Shown: piece by piece, positions 13,315 to 23,472 of the stretch
How positions within the stretch are numbered: the stretch's first letter is position 1
Layout: each line of letters starts with the position of its first letter
Assembly (NCBI GenBank): GCA_963789395.1
Contig: CAWBKP010000022.1
Coordinates: forward strand, 160,001-224,000
Reading direction: 5' to 3'
DNA length: 64,000 bases
DNA from: an uncultured delta proteobacterium
GTDB taxonomy: Bacteria; Desulfobacterota; Desulfobacteria; Desulfobacterales; Desulfatirhabdiaceae
Program-made: the position numbers and the translations under genes
Notes under the pieces: model-generated
The model's input: the letters and a program-made list of their open reading frames with translations, nothing else
What the model was told of the DNA's origin: nothing
The model's database searches: none

Positions 13315-15275
13315 AGGATACATTTAAAATCAGATTTTTTCCTCACGACAAGGAAGTCGTCGTCGCAGAAGGGGAAACCCTGATTCGGGCCGCCATGGAA
13401 GCCGGTGTCCATATCAATGCTTCCTGCGCCGGGGAAGGCGTTTGCGGAAAATGCCGCGTCATTATCGAGTCCGGGACTGTGGAAGGCGGTATTACCGAAA
13501 AGCTCAGCCAGAAGGACCGGGAAGCCGGGTATCGGCAGGCCTGCCTGTCTCTGGTCAGGAGCGATTTGATTGTAAGAATTCCCGTGGAATCCACAATCGA
13601 TGCCAGCATATTGAATATGCAGAGCACCCCGCGTTGTACCGCCAGAATCCAGGAGATGAATCTGGAAGACCTGAAGGATAAGGGCCTGTTTGTTCCGCCG
13701 GTTGAGAAAAAATACCTGGAACTGCCGGTGCCGACCGTCCAGGATAATCTTCCGGATGTGTCCCGCCTGGTCGGATTTTTGAAACTCGAACATGGCGAGC
13801 ACCGGCTGGCAGTGGATCTGCCGGTCATTCAAAAGATTCCTGAAATTCTCAGGGAAGCTGATTTCAAAATTACCGCAACCCTTGCAAGACCGGTTCATCC
13901 GGGAAGAAAAACCCACATCATCAACATTCAGCCGGGCGATACGACACAACGCAATTATGCCATCGCCATGGACATCGGCACCACAACCATATACGGCCAG
14001 TTGATCGATCTGATTACCGGCGATGTTCTGGCTCAGTTCGGAGATTTTAATGCCCAGATCAGCTATGGCGAAGACGTGATCAGCCGGATCATGTATGCTG
14101 AAAAACCCGGGGGGCTCGAAAAGCTGCAGGAGGTGGTTGTCGGCGTCATTAATAAGCTGATTCAAAAAATGGTCAAAAAAGCCAAGATCGACATGGATGA
14201 AATATCCACCATTACCCTTGCCGGCAATACCACCATGACCCAGCTTTTATTGAAGGTCAATCCCCGCAGTATTCGAAGATCGCCCTATGTGCCGACGTCA
14301 TCCATCTATCCACCGTTAAAGGCTGTGCATCTGGGAATGGCGCTGGGGGATCATGTGACCGCCCTGGTTTACCCCCAGGTTTCAAGTTATGTCGGCGGGG
14401 ATATCGTTGCAGGGGTTATGGGGTCGGGCATGTATCTGACAGATGAACTTACCCTGTACCTGGACATCGGCACCAATGCCGAGATCGTCATCGGCAACAA
14501 GGACTGGCTGGCCTGCGCCGCCTGTTCGGCGGGTCCGGCGTTTGAAGGCGGCGGCATCACCTTCGGCATGCGGGCGACCAAAGGGGCAATCGAAGATTTT
14601 TCCATGGATCCCCTCACCCTTGAGCCCATGAATATTACCATCGGCAATGTTCGGCCCAAGGGAATCTGCGGATCGGGTCTGATTATCATGGTCGCCACTT
14701 TGTTTGAGTTGGGAGTGATTGACAACCTGGGGAAATTCAACCGAAACCTGCATACACCCCGCATCCGCCAGACCGATGGCATCTGGGAATATGTTGTGGT
14801 TTGGGCCGAGGATACTCAGATTGACCGGGATGTTGTTCTTTCCGAGCCGGACATTGACAACCTGATCCGCGCCAAAGGCGCTATTTACAGCGGGTGCATG
14901 ACCCTTCTGGAAGAAGTCGGGCTGACGGTGAAGGATCTGGATCGCATCACCCTGGCAGGGGGATTCGGCAGTTATGTCGATCTGGAAAAAGCCATGACCA
15001 TCGGACTGTTGCCGGAAATGGATCCGGCCCGGGTGACATTTATCGGCAATGGGTCTCTGATGGGTGCAAAAATGAGTGCGCTGACCAACCGGATTCGCCG
15101 GGATGTGGTGGAAGTGACAAAGAAAATGACCAATTTTGAGCTCTCGGAAACCCATTCCTACATGGACAATTACGTGGCGGCGCTCTTTCTGCCGCATACG
15201 GACTTGAACCAGTTTCCCAAAATAAAGGCCCGTCTGGAAGCCCGAAGGGCAGTGCAAAAAACAGAGGGCAACTGA
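13311..15275 (+). CDS. ASKHA-domain ATPase with N-terminal 2Fe-2S ferredoxin (RACo/AcsV-like corrinoid protein reductive activator)
   Basis: [10 protein letters not shown]...C ferredoxin motif; [27 protein letters not shown] and LAGGFG motifs; ATGA overlap with upstream gene. Confidence 0.9.
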   Translation: MKDTFKIRFFPHDKEVVVAEGETLIRAAMEAGVHINASCAGEGVCGKCRVIIESGTVEGGITEKLSQKDREAGYRQACLSLVRSDLIVRIPVESTIDASILNMQSTPRCTARIQEMNLEDLKDKGLFVPPVEKKYLELPVPTVQDNLPDVSRLVGFLKLEHGEHRLAVDLPVIQKIPEILREADFKITATLARPVHPGRKTHIINIQPGDTTQRNYAIAMDIGTTTIYGQLIDLITGDVLAQFGDFNAQISYGEDVISRIMYAEKPGGLEKLQEVVVGVINKLIQKMVKKAKIDMDEISTITLAGNTTMTQLLLKVNPRSIRRSPYVPTSSIYPPLKAVHLGMALGDHVTALVYPQVSSYVGGDIVAGVMGSGMYLTDELTLYLDIGTNAEIVIGNKDWLACAACSAGPAFEGGGITFGMRATKGAIEDFSMDPLTLEPMNITIGNVRPKGICGSGLIIMVATLFELGVIDNLGKFNRNLHTPRIRQTDGIWEYVVVWAEDTQIDRDVVLSEPDIDNLIRAKGAIYSGCMTLLEEVGLTVKDLDRITLAGGFGSYVDLEKAMTIGLLPEMDPARVTFIGNGSLMGAKMSALTNRIRRDVVEVTKKMTNFELSETHSYMDNYVAALFLPHTDLNQFPKIKARLEARRAVQKTEGN

Positions 15276-15340
15276 TTTATGATCATAAATCATTCACATT
15301 TTATCACCTCGTCAAAGTAAAAGGGGTAAAGGGGGAAAAT

Positions 15341-15781
15341 ATGGCAGGAATCAACAAGGCCATCATCGTTGGTCGACTGGGAAAAGATCCTGAAATGCGC
15401 TACATGCCGGATGGTACGGCCGTGGCCAGTTTTTCGGTCGCTACTTCCGAGGATTGGAAAGACAAGACGACCGGAGAGAAAAAAGAGCGCACGGAGTGGC
15501 ATCGCATTGTGGCCTTTAGAAAATTGGGCGAGATCTGCGGCGAGTACCTTTCAAAAGGCAAGCAGGTTTATATCGAGGGCCGCATTCAGACCCGCGCCTG
15601 GGATGACAAAGACGGGAATAAGCGCTATACCACCGAGATTGTCGCCTCGGACATGCAGATGCTGAGTCCCAAGGACGAAGGGGCCAAGAGAAGCTCGGGC
15701 GAGTTTGATTCCGGATTCAAGGGGGGCGGGAATTTTTCCAGATCCGAAGGTCCGGTGGGGGAAGATGACATTCCATTTTAA
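15341..15781 (+). CDS. ssb: Single-stranded DNA-binding protein
   Basis: [26 protein letters not shown]-terminal DDIPF. Confidence 0.97.
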   Translation: MAGINKAIIVGRLGKDPEMRYMPDGTAVASFSVATSEDWKDKTTGEKKERTEWHRIVAFRKLGEICGEYLSKGKQVYIEGRIQTRAWDDKDGNKRYTTEIVASDMQMLSPKDEGAKRSSGEFDSGFKGGGNFSRSEGPVGEDDIPF

Positions 15782-15787
15782 ATTCCT

Positions 15788-16561
15788 ATGATGTTATCCC
15801 CATCGATTACCCGGTGCGAACTGGAAGTTTTGTACCACCAGTATAACCGTCGTGAACGGGTGTATCCGGACCCGCTTGGATTTTTGTATCCGTACGCGGA
15901 TATCCGGGACCGGGAAATCGCAGGGCTTCTGGCGTCTTCACTGGCATATGGCCGCGTTGCGCAGATTTATAAAAGTTTGTGCTGCGTACTGGAAAAGATG
16001 GGGCCATCGCCCCTGAGTTTTTTGAACCGATCGACGCGCCAGTCTCTGACGGCAATGTTCGGCGGATTCGCCCATCGGTTTGCCACTGGCGGGAATCTTG
16101 TCAGCCTGATGCTGGCGATAAAGGATGCCCTGGATCATTACGGATCGATCCACGGCTGCTTTCTTTCGGGCATGACGGCCGAAGACGATACCGTGCTGCC
16201 TGCTCTGACGCGATTTGTCGCCGCAATTACCGCCGGAAACGCACCGGGAATGGGACATTTGATTCCGCTGCCGGAGCGGGGAAGCGCCTGTAAACGCTTG
16301 AATCTGTTTTTGCGGTGGATGGTTCGAAAAGATGACGTGGATCCGGGCGGATGGGATCAGATTCCGGCTTCAAAGCTGATCATTCCGCTGGATGTTCACA
16401 TGCACCGGGTCGGTGTCCGCCTGGGATTTACCCGGCGCAGGCAGGCGGATATGCGCACGGCGCTTGAAATCACCCGGGCTTTTAGCCGGATAATTCCCGA
16501 AGATCCGCTCCGGTATGATTTTACCCTCTGCCGCATGGGGATGGATGGCGTCCGTATCTGA
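15788..16561 (+). CDS. TIGR02757-like (DUF2400) protein
   Basis: DREIAGLLASSLAYG, SACKRLNLFLRWMVR, PLDVH and DPLRYDF motifs. Confidence 0.85.
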   Translation: MMLSPSITRCELEVLYHQYNRRERVYPDPLGFLYPYADIRDREIAGLLASSLAYGRVAQIYKSLCCVLEKMGPSPLSFLNRSTRQSLTAMFGGFAHRFATGGNLVSLMLAIKDALDHYGSIHGCFLSGMTAEDDTVLPALTRFVAAITAGNAPGMGHLIPLPERGSACKRLNLFLRWMVRKDDVDPGGWDQIPASKLIIPLDVHMHRVGVRLGFTRRRQADMRTALEITRAFSRIIPEDPLRYDFTLCRMGMDGVRI

Positions 16562-16593
16562 AACCTGACAGACAGTGGGTGAGGTAATCATTT

Positions 16594-17088
16594 ATGCCGA
16601 TTTATGAGTTTTATTGCGACAGATGTAATACGCTGTTTAATTTTTTTTCCAGAACGATCAACACAACCAAAACCCCGTCATGCCCGAAATGCGGTATCCA
16701 TCCGTTATCCCGGCAGATGTCGGCGTTTGCTTTCACGGGAAAAGCCAGGGAAGACAGCGGCTTGGAGGATCTTCCTTTTGATGAGAGCAAAATGGAGCAG
16801 GCCATGCAGATGCTGGCAGGTGAAGCTGAAAACATCAGTGAGGACGATCCCCGTCAGGCTGCCAATTTGATGCGAAAACTTACGGACATGACCGGCATGG
16901 AGCTGGGACCGGGAATGCAGGAAGCCCTCAGGCGGATGGAAAGCGGTGAAGACCCGGATCAGATTGAAGCGGAAATGGGGGAGGTTCTGGGAGAGGAAGA
17001 GCCGTTTCTGCTGTCCGGAAAAAAAGGAAGGGCTGCGGCGGGTATGAAAAAAGTGCCGATGCGTGATGATACGCTGTATGATTTGTAA
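16594..17088 (+). CDS. FmdB-family zinc-ribbon protein
   Basis: MPIYEFYCDRC...CPKCG N-terminus and acidic helical C-terminal part. Confidence 0.85.
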   Translation: MPIYEFYCDRCNTLFNFFSRTINTTKTPSCPKCGIHPLSRQMSAFAFTGKAREDSGLEDLPFDESKMEQAMQMLAGEAENISEDDPRQAANLMRKLTDMTGMELGPGMQEALRRMESGEDPDQIEAEMGEVLGEEEPFLLSGKKGRAAAGMKKVPMRDDTLYDL

Positions 17089-17183
17089 GGCGCTGGGGAA
17101 TATTGCCGGGTCAGCCCGGATCGACAGGCCGGCAGCTGCTATTGTTTTTATCTCAATCAAAGACAAAACAGAAAGACGAATGA

Positions 17184-17366
17184 ATGAAAACGGAAAACCT
17201 GCGCTGCCTCGGCTGCGGAGAAAAACTTGTACTGCAGAAAACATGACGGTCAGCGGTGCTGAGCTGCAGGGTCTGCGGCAGACGATATCCGCTGGATCAA
17301 TATATTCAGGACATGGATGACGCCCTTGAGGAAGCATTGGGAAATACCCGGTGCGATCGGCTGTGA
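17184..17366 (+). CDS. Small dual-CXXC selenoprotein, 60 aa, Sec at codon 21 (absent from the ORF track)
   Basis: MKTENLRCLGCGEKLVLQKT-TGA(17244-17246)-RSAVLSCRVCGRRYPLDQYIQDMDDALEEALGNTRCDRL*; downstream SECIS-like hairpin; stop overlaps truA start (TGATG). Confidence 0.85.
17263..17279 (+). promoter_or_regulatory. Bacterial SECIS-like hairpin
   Basis: GCTGCAG-GGT-CTGCGGC stem-loop starting 16 nt after the in-frame TGA, with G-containing apical loop; resembles the upper stem of the E. coli fdhF SECIS. Confidence 0.7.
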
Positions 17367-18118
17367 TGCAGGCCCTGTCCAGAAATTTCAAACTCGTTAT
17401 TGAATATGACGGCACCCGGTATTTCGGCTGGCAGCGCCAGAGGGAAAAACCCACCATTCAGGCGGAAATCGAGCGGGTTCTCGGCCAGATCACCCAGCAG
17501 CCCGTCATTCTGAAAGGGTCCGGCAGAACGGACACCGGGGTGCATGCCCTGGGACAGTCGGCCAGTTTTCACTGCAATACCCGGCTGGCCCCGAAAACCT
17601 TTATCCGGGCTTTAAACGGCCTTCTTCCGGCGGATATTGTCATCCGGGACTGCCGTGAAATGCCGGACGGCTTTCATGCGCGATATGATGTCCTATCTAA
17701 AACCTATCATTACCAGATCCTGAATCGACCGATACCTTCTGTCGTGGATCGGCATTTTTCATGGCACATCCAGAAACCGCTGAACGTTACGGCCATGAAA
17801 GAATCCCTTTGCTGCCTGGTGGGAACGCACGACTTCAAAGCATTTGAAGGTATCGGAAGTCCCCGAACGCATACGGTGCGAACGATCCACCGGGCGGAAA
17901 TCATCCCTGACGGAAATGACCGCTTACGGATTGTCATCCAGGGCGATGGATTTTTGCGGTACATGGTCCGAAATATTGTCGGAACGCTGGTTCGCATCGG
18001 AATGGGAAAAAGGCCTCCTGCGGATATGGAGCGCATTCTGCTTTCAAGGGACAGGCATCTGGCCGGCGCCACGGCGCCGGCTCACGGGCTTTTTCTGGTT
18101 GAAGTCCAGTATGCATGA
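17366..18118 (+). CDS. truA: tRNA pseudouridine(38-40) synthase
   Basis: EYDGTRYFGWQRQ, GSGRTDTGVHA, FLRYMVRNIVG and APAHGLFL motifs. Confidence 0.96.
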   Translation: MQALSRNFKLVIEYDGTRYFGWQRQREKPTIQAEIERVLGQITQQPVILKGSGRTDTGVHALGQSASFHCNTRLAPKTFIRALNGLLPADIVIRDCREMPDGFHARYDVLSKTYHYQILNRPIPSVVDRHFSWHIQKPLNVTAMKESLCCLVGTHDFKAFEGIGSPRTHTVRTIHRAEIIPDGNDRLRIVIQGDGFLRYMVRNIVGTLVRIGMGKRPPADMERILLSRDRHLAGATAPAHGLFLVEVQYA

Positions 18119-18166
18119 TGATGGCTTGCGAAAAATAGAAAAAAGACAACTCTTTATCGCAGGGTG

Positions 18167-19507
18167 TTATTGTTGTGTTTGGGGTGCGCTGAGATCTTTC
18201 ACGCCCTGAAGCACCGTATCAAAGAGAAGCTCGATATCGGTTTCTTCCAGACAGGAAAACGCCACCCGCAGATTTTCCGTTCCGATGGAAATAAGCCCCA
18301 CCCCATAGTGGTTCAGCAGGTGGAGCCGCAGGCTTTCGGCATTGACCGTTTTCAGGCGGATGCACATGAAGTAGCCAGAATTAAAGGGATAGACCTGCCA
18401 GGCATCCTGATATTTGGGGTTTTGAAGTACCGATTTTACGCGATTTGCCCTGTTTTTGAGGATTTCGAATTTTTCCCGTTTTTCAGAGGGATTGTTCTGA
18501 TCCTGCATGGATTTCAGCACCAGGGTTTCGCTTAAATGCGACGCATTGGAAATGGATCCGCGGACAGCTCCCGCTGTCTTTTTTTCAAGGGCCTCATAAA
18601 CCGGTCGGCTGTCTCCTTCGATGGCTCCGCCGTAAGTGATAAAGCCCACGCGAAGTCCCCAGACAAAGCTTTCCTTGGTGGCTCCGTCCAGCTTGACGGC
18701 CATCAACCGCGGATGCTTGCCGCAAAGCCGGGCGAACAAAGACTCTTTCAGCGTGTCATCTTCGTAAAACAGTCCAAAATAGGCGTCATCCATTACTGAC
18801 AGAACCTGGGCGCCGTTTTGTGCCGCGTTTGTTAAAATTTCAACGATCCGATTCCCCTCGGATTCCGTGATCGTATACCCTGTCGGATTGTTGGGAAAAT
18901 TCAGCATTACGATCAGCTTGCTGCGAAGGCCGGCTTCGGCTTTGACCGTATTTTCAAATGCCTCGATATTGAACCCGCCTGCTTCGGAAAACAGGGGGTA
19001 GGTTTTCAGCCTGGCACCTTTTCGAACGTCCAGAATCAGGTTGTAATTGCCCCACATCATATCCGGAAAAATCACCACATCTCCAGGCTCTATCCATACA
19101 TCCGCAAATACGCTGATGGCATGGGTGATCCCGTTGGTGACCACCGGAAGACTGATGGGCTTTCCCTGGAGGGAGGGGTTTTTCTGATAAAGCGATTCCT
19201 GCCATAATTTTCTGAGTGCCGGCAGCCCGAAAGACGGGGCGTATGTCAGAGCGGCTTCCGGCGGAATTCCGTGAATGGCGTTCATGACCGATGGGAAATG
19301 CATGGTCCGGCCTTTTTCAGTGGCAATTCCGATGGTAGCATTGAGTTTATGGGCTTTTTCCTTTGCTTCTGCGCTCTGGCTCAGAATTCCTTTGGGAAAG
19401 TAAAGGTTTTTTCCAATGGTGGAGAGCATTCCCATAATACAGGGGCTGCCTTTTTCAATGTCCTGGTTCAATTGTTCTGCAAGCGGATTCATGACGTAAT
19501 TCTCCAT
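18167..19507 (-). CDS. Class I/II PLP-dependent aminotransferase
   Basis: NFPNNPTGY, DDAY, DGATKE and GLRVG motifs. Confidence 0.9.
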   Translation of the reverse strand: MENYVMNPLAEQLNQDIEKGSPCIMGMLSTIGKNLYFPKGILSQSAEAKEKAHKLNATIGIATEKGRTMHFPSVMNAIHGIPPEAALTYAPSFGLPALRKLWQESLYQKNPSLQGKPISLPVVTNGITHAISVFADVWIEPGDVVIFPDMMWGNYNLILDVRKGARLKTYPLFSEAGGFNIEAFENTVKAEAGLRSKLIVMLNFPNNPTGYTITESEGNRIVEILTNAAQNGAQVLSVMDDAYFGLFYEDDTLKESLFARLCGKHPRLMAVKLDGATKESFVWGLRVGFITYGGAIEGDSRPVYEALEKKTAGAVRGSISNASHLSETLVLKSMQDQNNPSEKREKFEILKNRANRVKSVLQNPKYQDAWQVYPFNSGYFMCIRLKTVNAESLRLHLLNHYGVGLISIGTENLRVAFSCLEETDIELLFDTVLQGVKDLSAPQTQQ

Positions 19508-19732
19508 GGGAAAATGCTGTATCGGGGTTCTATATGAGAGTTATGCTCCTTTTTTTGAAGAATCTATAACCCATAACGAATGACGAATCAACAGAATAGG
19601 AAAGCATATTATCGCAAAATGAATCAAATGGTATCATGAAAGGCTTGACAAATGGATTTCATTCACGATACGGAAAACAGAACTGTTTTGTGTAAATTCA
19701 GGGGTAAACTTACCGGGGTAACGGAGACCAAT

Positions 19733-20770
19733 ATGAAAAAGAAATCCTTACGATGGATGGCAGGGTGTTTTATTGCCGCATTGGCATTAGCTGTATTTGT
19801 CATTCCCGCCGCGGCTTCCAATGAAGAACCTTCTACAATCGAACTGGAGTCCGGTGTTTATTATACGGTCAAAAAAGGAGATACGCTCTGGGATATTTCC
19901 AACCGCTATTTCAACACCCACTGGAGATGGCCCCAGATCTGGAGCGAAAACCAGCAGATAATGAATCCCAACAGCATCTTTCCAGGGGAGCGGCTGAGGC
20001 TTTACCATCAGGTCTGGGATGCTTCCATTGCCCCGGAATCGACGGGTCAGACCGAAACGCGCCAGTTGGCACCTGTCGTTGAATCCAGATACTATGTATA
20101 TTCCCCCATTCAGGCGATCGGATTTCTCAAGCAAAAGCCTGTTGAGCCATCGGGCCAGGTTGCCCTGTTCCAGGGAGATAAGAATGTTCAAAAAACGTTG
20201 CTGAGCCAGGATGAAAAAATCTATGTAACACCAGTGGGGAACACGCAGTTGAAGGTGGGGGATGTCTATGCCGTATATCGACAGCCAGTGCCGGTGGAAG
20301 ATCCTGAATCCAAGGAGACGGTCGGATTTCAGTATTACAAGACGGGGTTGATTCGCATAATTGAAAGCCGAAACGATTACGCGGTCGCAAAAATCGAAAA
20401 AGCCTTTCGTTCCGTTATGGTAGATGATCTTCTGCTGCCGTATGAGCCGATATCGTCAAAAATTAAGCTGACGCCCGGAAAAGGCGGAATGATCGGCAAG
20501 ATTCTTATGGCCGAGGAAGGCACCGAAATGTTCGGGGATGACGCCGTCGCCTATATCAACAAAGGATCCGAGGATGGTATTCAAACGGGTCAGACGTATG
20601 CCATCTATGAAGAGTATCTCATTGGATCTGAACTTGATTTTGTTGATTTCGGCTCGCTTCTTGTCCTGCATACCGAGGCAACAACCGCGACCGTGCTGAT
20701 ACTCCGCTCGGACAGAAGCATTCACTCGCACGGATTTTTCCGAAGCCAGTCTCCCGCCCAGAATCTTTAA
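19733..20770 (+). CDS. LysM peptidoglycan-binding periplasmic protein, TsaP-like
   Basis: Signal peptide; LysM (YTVKKGDTLWDIS...WPQIWSENQQIMNPNSIFPG); C-terminal beta domain with YINKGSEDG. Confidence 0.75.
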   Translation: MKKKSLRWMAGCFIAALALAVFVIPAAASNEEPSTIELESGVYYTVKKGDTLWDISNRYFNTHWRWPQIWSENQQIMNPNSIFPGERLRLYHQVWDASIAPESTGQTETRQLAPVVESRYYVYSPIQAIGFLKQKPVEPSGQVALFQGDKNVQKTLLSQDEKIYVTPVGNTQLKVGDVYAVYRQPVPVEDPESKETVGFQYYKTGLIRIIESRNDYAVAKIEKAFRSVMVDDLLLPYEPISSKIKLTPGKGGMIGKILMAEEGTEMFGDDAVAYINKGSEDGIQTGQTYAIYEEYLIGSELDFVDFGSLLVLHTEATTATVLILRSDRSIHSHGFFRSQSPAQNL

Positions 20771-20884
20771 CCGGATCGGCTATCGAACAAGAAGCCGCGA
20801 TTCCGTTGTCTTGTCCGACAGCCATTGTCGATGGCCGGGGCCGTTACTGTCAGGATGGTGCCGCCGCCTATCGGAAATCAACCG

Positions 20885-22051
20885 TTATTCCTGAACAATT
20901 TCCGCGATGACGATACCCCGGTTCTGCAATCCGGTCATAAACGGGTCGCTTGGAATGTGAAGGATGGGAGAGAGCACGCCTTTTTCCGGTATAACGCCGG
21001 TTGCGATCATTTCCGCCACAATACAGGCGGGGTAACTGACGCCAAGCGCCATGCCCATGAGCCCGGTGTTCAAGTCCCGTTCTATCAGCACATTGTAGAT
21101 AATCGTTTTCTTTTTCCCGTTCTTGATTCCCGTAAAGACATTCTGCATGACGGCCAGATCTTTTTCATCGTCCTGATATTGAAGCTTGGGCTCCAGCATT
21201 CGGGTTAAGAACTGATGCGGGGTAATGTCGCCGGCAAGTCCCGGAACCGGTTCGTCGCTGAGGAATCCCAGCTTTTTCAAAGGCCGCCAGAAATTGCACC
21301 AGCCAGGCCAGCGCAGGGTATATCGCCCGGTTTCATGAAGACTCTGTTTAACCCCCAGCAAATCCGAAAAACGGACCGCATTGCCATTCGGGAAGGCTTC
21401 CAGTCTGCCGAGGCCCGGAAATTCGATTTCATGAATAAACGGATTGTCATGCTGATCTTCCGCGGAAATGTTTACCTGCCGATGGTCTTTGATCAGGGAA
21501 GCGCTGCGTTTCTGTGTTTTCAGGACCATATCCCAATTCCAGCTGATTTTATAATTCAACGGGTTGGTACAGGCTTTTTTTTCGGGAATTCCGCCGCAAT
21601 ATGAATTCAGCACATGGAGTTCATCGAACTGGCGCAATCCGCAACCATAGACGACCAGATCAATCCCCGGATCCAGTCCGCATTCCGGCATGATGGCAAT
21701 GCCGCGCTGCAGGGCGGCTTCATGCAGATCCAGAATCTCATGCCCATAATTGGTGTTGATCACGCTCACGCCGGCTTCTATCGCGGCCTCGGCCACGGAA
21801 CGGACAAATTGGGACGGCAACAGATCAATAACGATATCGACCCCCTGTTTCATCAATGAAATCATTGCGGGTTTATCCTGGGCATTCAGCCTGACCGGAA
21901 TGATTTTGTCATGCTGGATATAGTTCACGGAATGAATGTGTTCCGGGTCCATGTCTGCACAGAGGATTCGATCCACGGATGGATTTTTCGAAAGATCAAA
22001 CAATGCCCCCTTGCCCTGAATCCCGCATCCCCCTAAAACGAGTACGTTCAT
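20885..22051 (-). CDS. Saccharopine dehydrogenase / lysine 6-dehydrogenase family protein
   Basis: VLVLGGCGIQG Rossmann motif; ECGLDPG, SYCGG, PLNYKISW and TLRWPG motifs. Confidence 0.85.
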   Translation of the reverse strand: MNVLVLGGCGIQGKGALFDLSKNPSVDRILCADMDPEHIHSVNYIQHDKIIPVRLNAQDKPAMISLMKQGVDIVIDLLPSQFVRSVAEAAIEAGVSVINTNYGHEILDLHEAALQRGIAIMPECGLDPGIDLVVYGCGLRQFDELHVLNSYCGGIPEKKACTNPLNYKISWNWDMVLKTQKRSASLIKDHRQVNISAEDQHDNPFIHEIEFPGLGRLEAFPNGNAVRFSDLLGVKQSLHETGRYTLRWPGWCNFWRPLKKLGFLSDEPVPGLAGDITPHQFLTRMLEPKLQYQDDEKDLAVMQNVFTGIKNGKKKTIIYNVLIERDLNTGLMGMALGVSYPACIVAEMIATGVIPEKGVLSPILHIPSDPFMTGLQNRGIVIAEIVQE

Positions 22052-22326
22052 GAGTATCTCCTGATTGTTCTGGTGAGTTCTTGAAAAACAACTGTCCTTG
22101 TTGATATGTTATAAACCGGCCCGTCTCGTTGCATTGCCTTGCAATGACGCCATAAAAATAGTATGTCATATTCATTTGAAATAATACACTGGATTCGACG
22201 TGAATTTCGTTTAATCCCTGAATATCGATTGATGAAAAGTTTCCTAAACATTCGGGAACCATTGTTCGATATGCAGTTGGATCGAAATCCGATCGATAAT
22301 TTGCAAACACCACATCAGGAGTTATT

Positions 22327-23460
22327 ATGAAACGTGCATTGATTACCGGTGTCACCGGGCAGGACGGGGCCTATCTGGCGGAATTTCTGCTGGCCAAGGG
22401 GTATGAAGTCCATGGCATCAAGCGCAGGGCGTCTTCTTTCAATACCCGCCGGGTGGATCATCTCTACCGGGACCCGCACGAGAGCGATGTGCATTTTATA
22501 ATGCATTATGGCGATCTCACGGATGCGACCAACCTGATCCGGATTGTTCAGGAAGTCAAGCCCGATGAAATTTATAACCTTGCAGCGCAAAGCCATGTAC
22601 AGGTATCGTTTGAAACGCCGGAATATACGGCCAATTCGGACGCGCTGGGTGCGCTGCGGATTCTGGAGGCCATTCGGATACTGGGTCTGGAAGCCCATAC
22701 CCGTTTCTACCAGGCGTCAACCAGTGAAATGTATGGAAAGGTGCAGGAAATTCCTCAGAAAGAGTCCACGCCGTTTTACCCCAGAAGCCCTTATGGTGCA
22801 GCCAAGGTTTATGCGTACTGGATTACGGTAAACTATCGCGAGGCCTATCGCATGTTTGCCTGTAACGGGATTCTGTTCAACCATGAATCCCCGGTGCGTG
22901 GTGAGACGTTTGTAACCCGTAAAATCACCCGTGCGGTTGCCAGAATCCGGCTGGGTCTTCAGGACCGGCTTTATCTCGGCAATCTCAATTCCCAGAGAGA
23001 CTGGGGATTTGCCGGAGACTATGTGGAGGCGATGTGGCTGATGCTTCAGCAAGAAGTTCCGGAGGATTTCGTGATTGCTACCGGAAAGGCCCATTCGGTT
23101 CGTGAGTTTGTGGAAAAGGCCTTTGATGCCATCGGCATCCATCTTGTCTGGAGAGGTTCCGGCGTCGAAGAAATTGGTGTGATTGATACGGTCTCCTTTT
23201 CTGAAAATTGCAGAAACAGTCTGAAAAAACCGCCGGAACCCGGCCAGATAGTTGTCAGCATCGATCCCCGGTACTTCAGGCCTGCGGAGGTGGAGTTTCT
23301 GCTCGGGGATCCGACAAAGGCAGAAAATGTTCTGGGGTGGAAACCCAAAATGAATTTTGAAGAACTGATTCGATGCATGGTGGAAAAAGATATGCTGGAG
23401 GCGCGAAGAGATTTTCTGGTTGAGAAGGAAGGCTTTCAAATTTACAATCATTTCGAATAA
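22327..23460 (+). CDS. gmd: GDP-mannose 4,6-dehydratase
   Basis: [32 protein letters not shown] and FNHESP motifs. Confidence 0.97.
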   Translation: MKRALITGVTGQDGAYLAEFLLAKGYEVHGIKRRASSFNTRRVDHLYRDPHESDVHFIMHYGDLTDATNLIRIVQEVKPDEIYNLAAQSHVQVSFETPEYTANSDALGALRILEAIRILGLEAHTRFYQASTSEMYGKVQEIPQKESTPFYPRSPYGAAKVYAYWITVNYREAYRMFACNGILFNHESPVRGETFVTRKITRAVARIRLGLQDRLYLGNLNSQRDWGFAGDYVEAMWLMLQQEVPEDFVIATGKAHSVREFVEKAFDAIGIHLVWRGSGVEEIGVIDTVSFSENCRNSLKKPPEPGQIVVSIDPRYFRPAEVEFLLGDPTKAENVLGWKPKMNFEELIRCMVEKDMLEARRDFLVEKEGFQIYNHFE

Positions 23461-23472
23461 TCCAAGGAGAGA

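Noticed and set aside
17063..17320. 85-aa ORF between the FmdB-like gene and truA
   Set aside because: The overlapping frame with two CxxC motifs, Sec TGA, SECIS and truA coupling explains the region better
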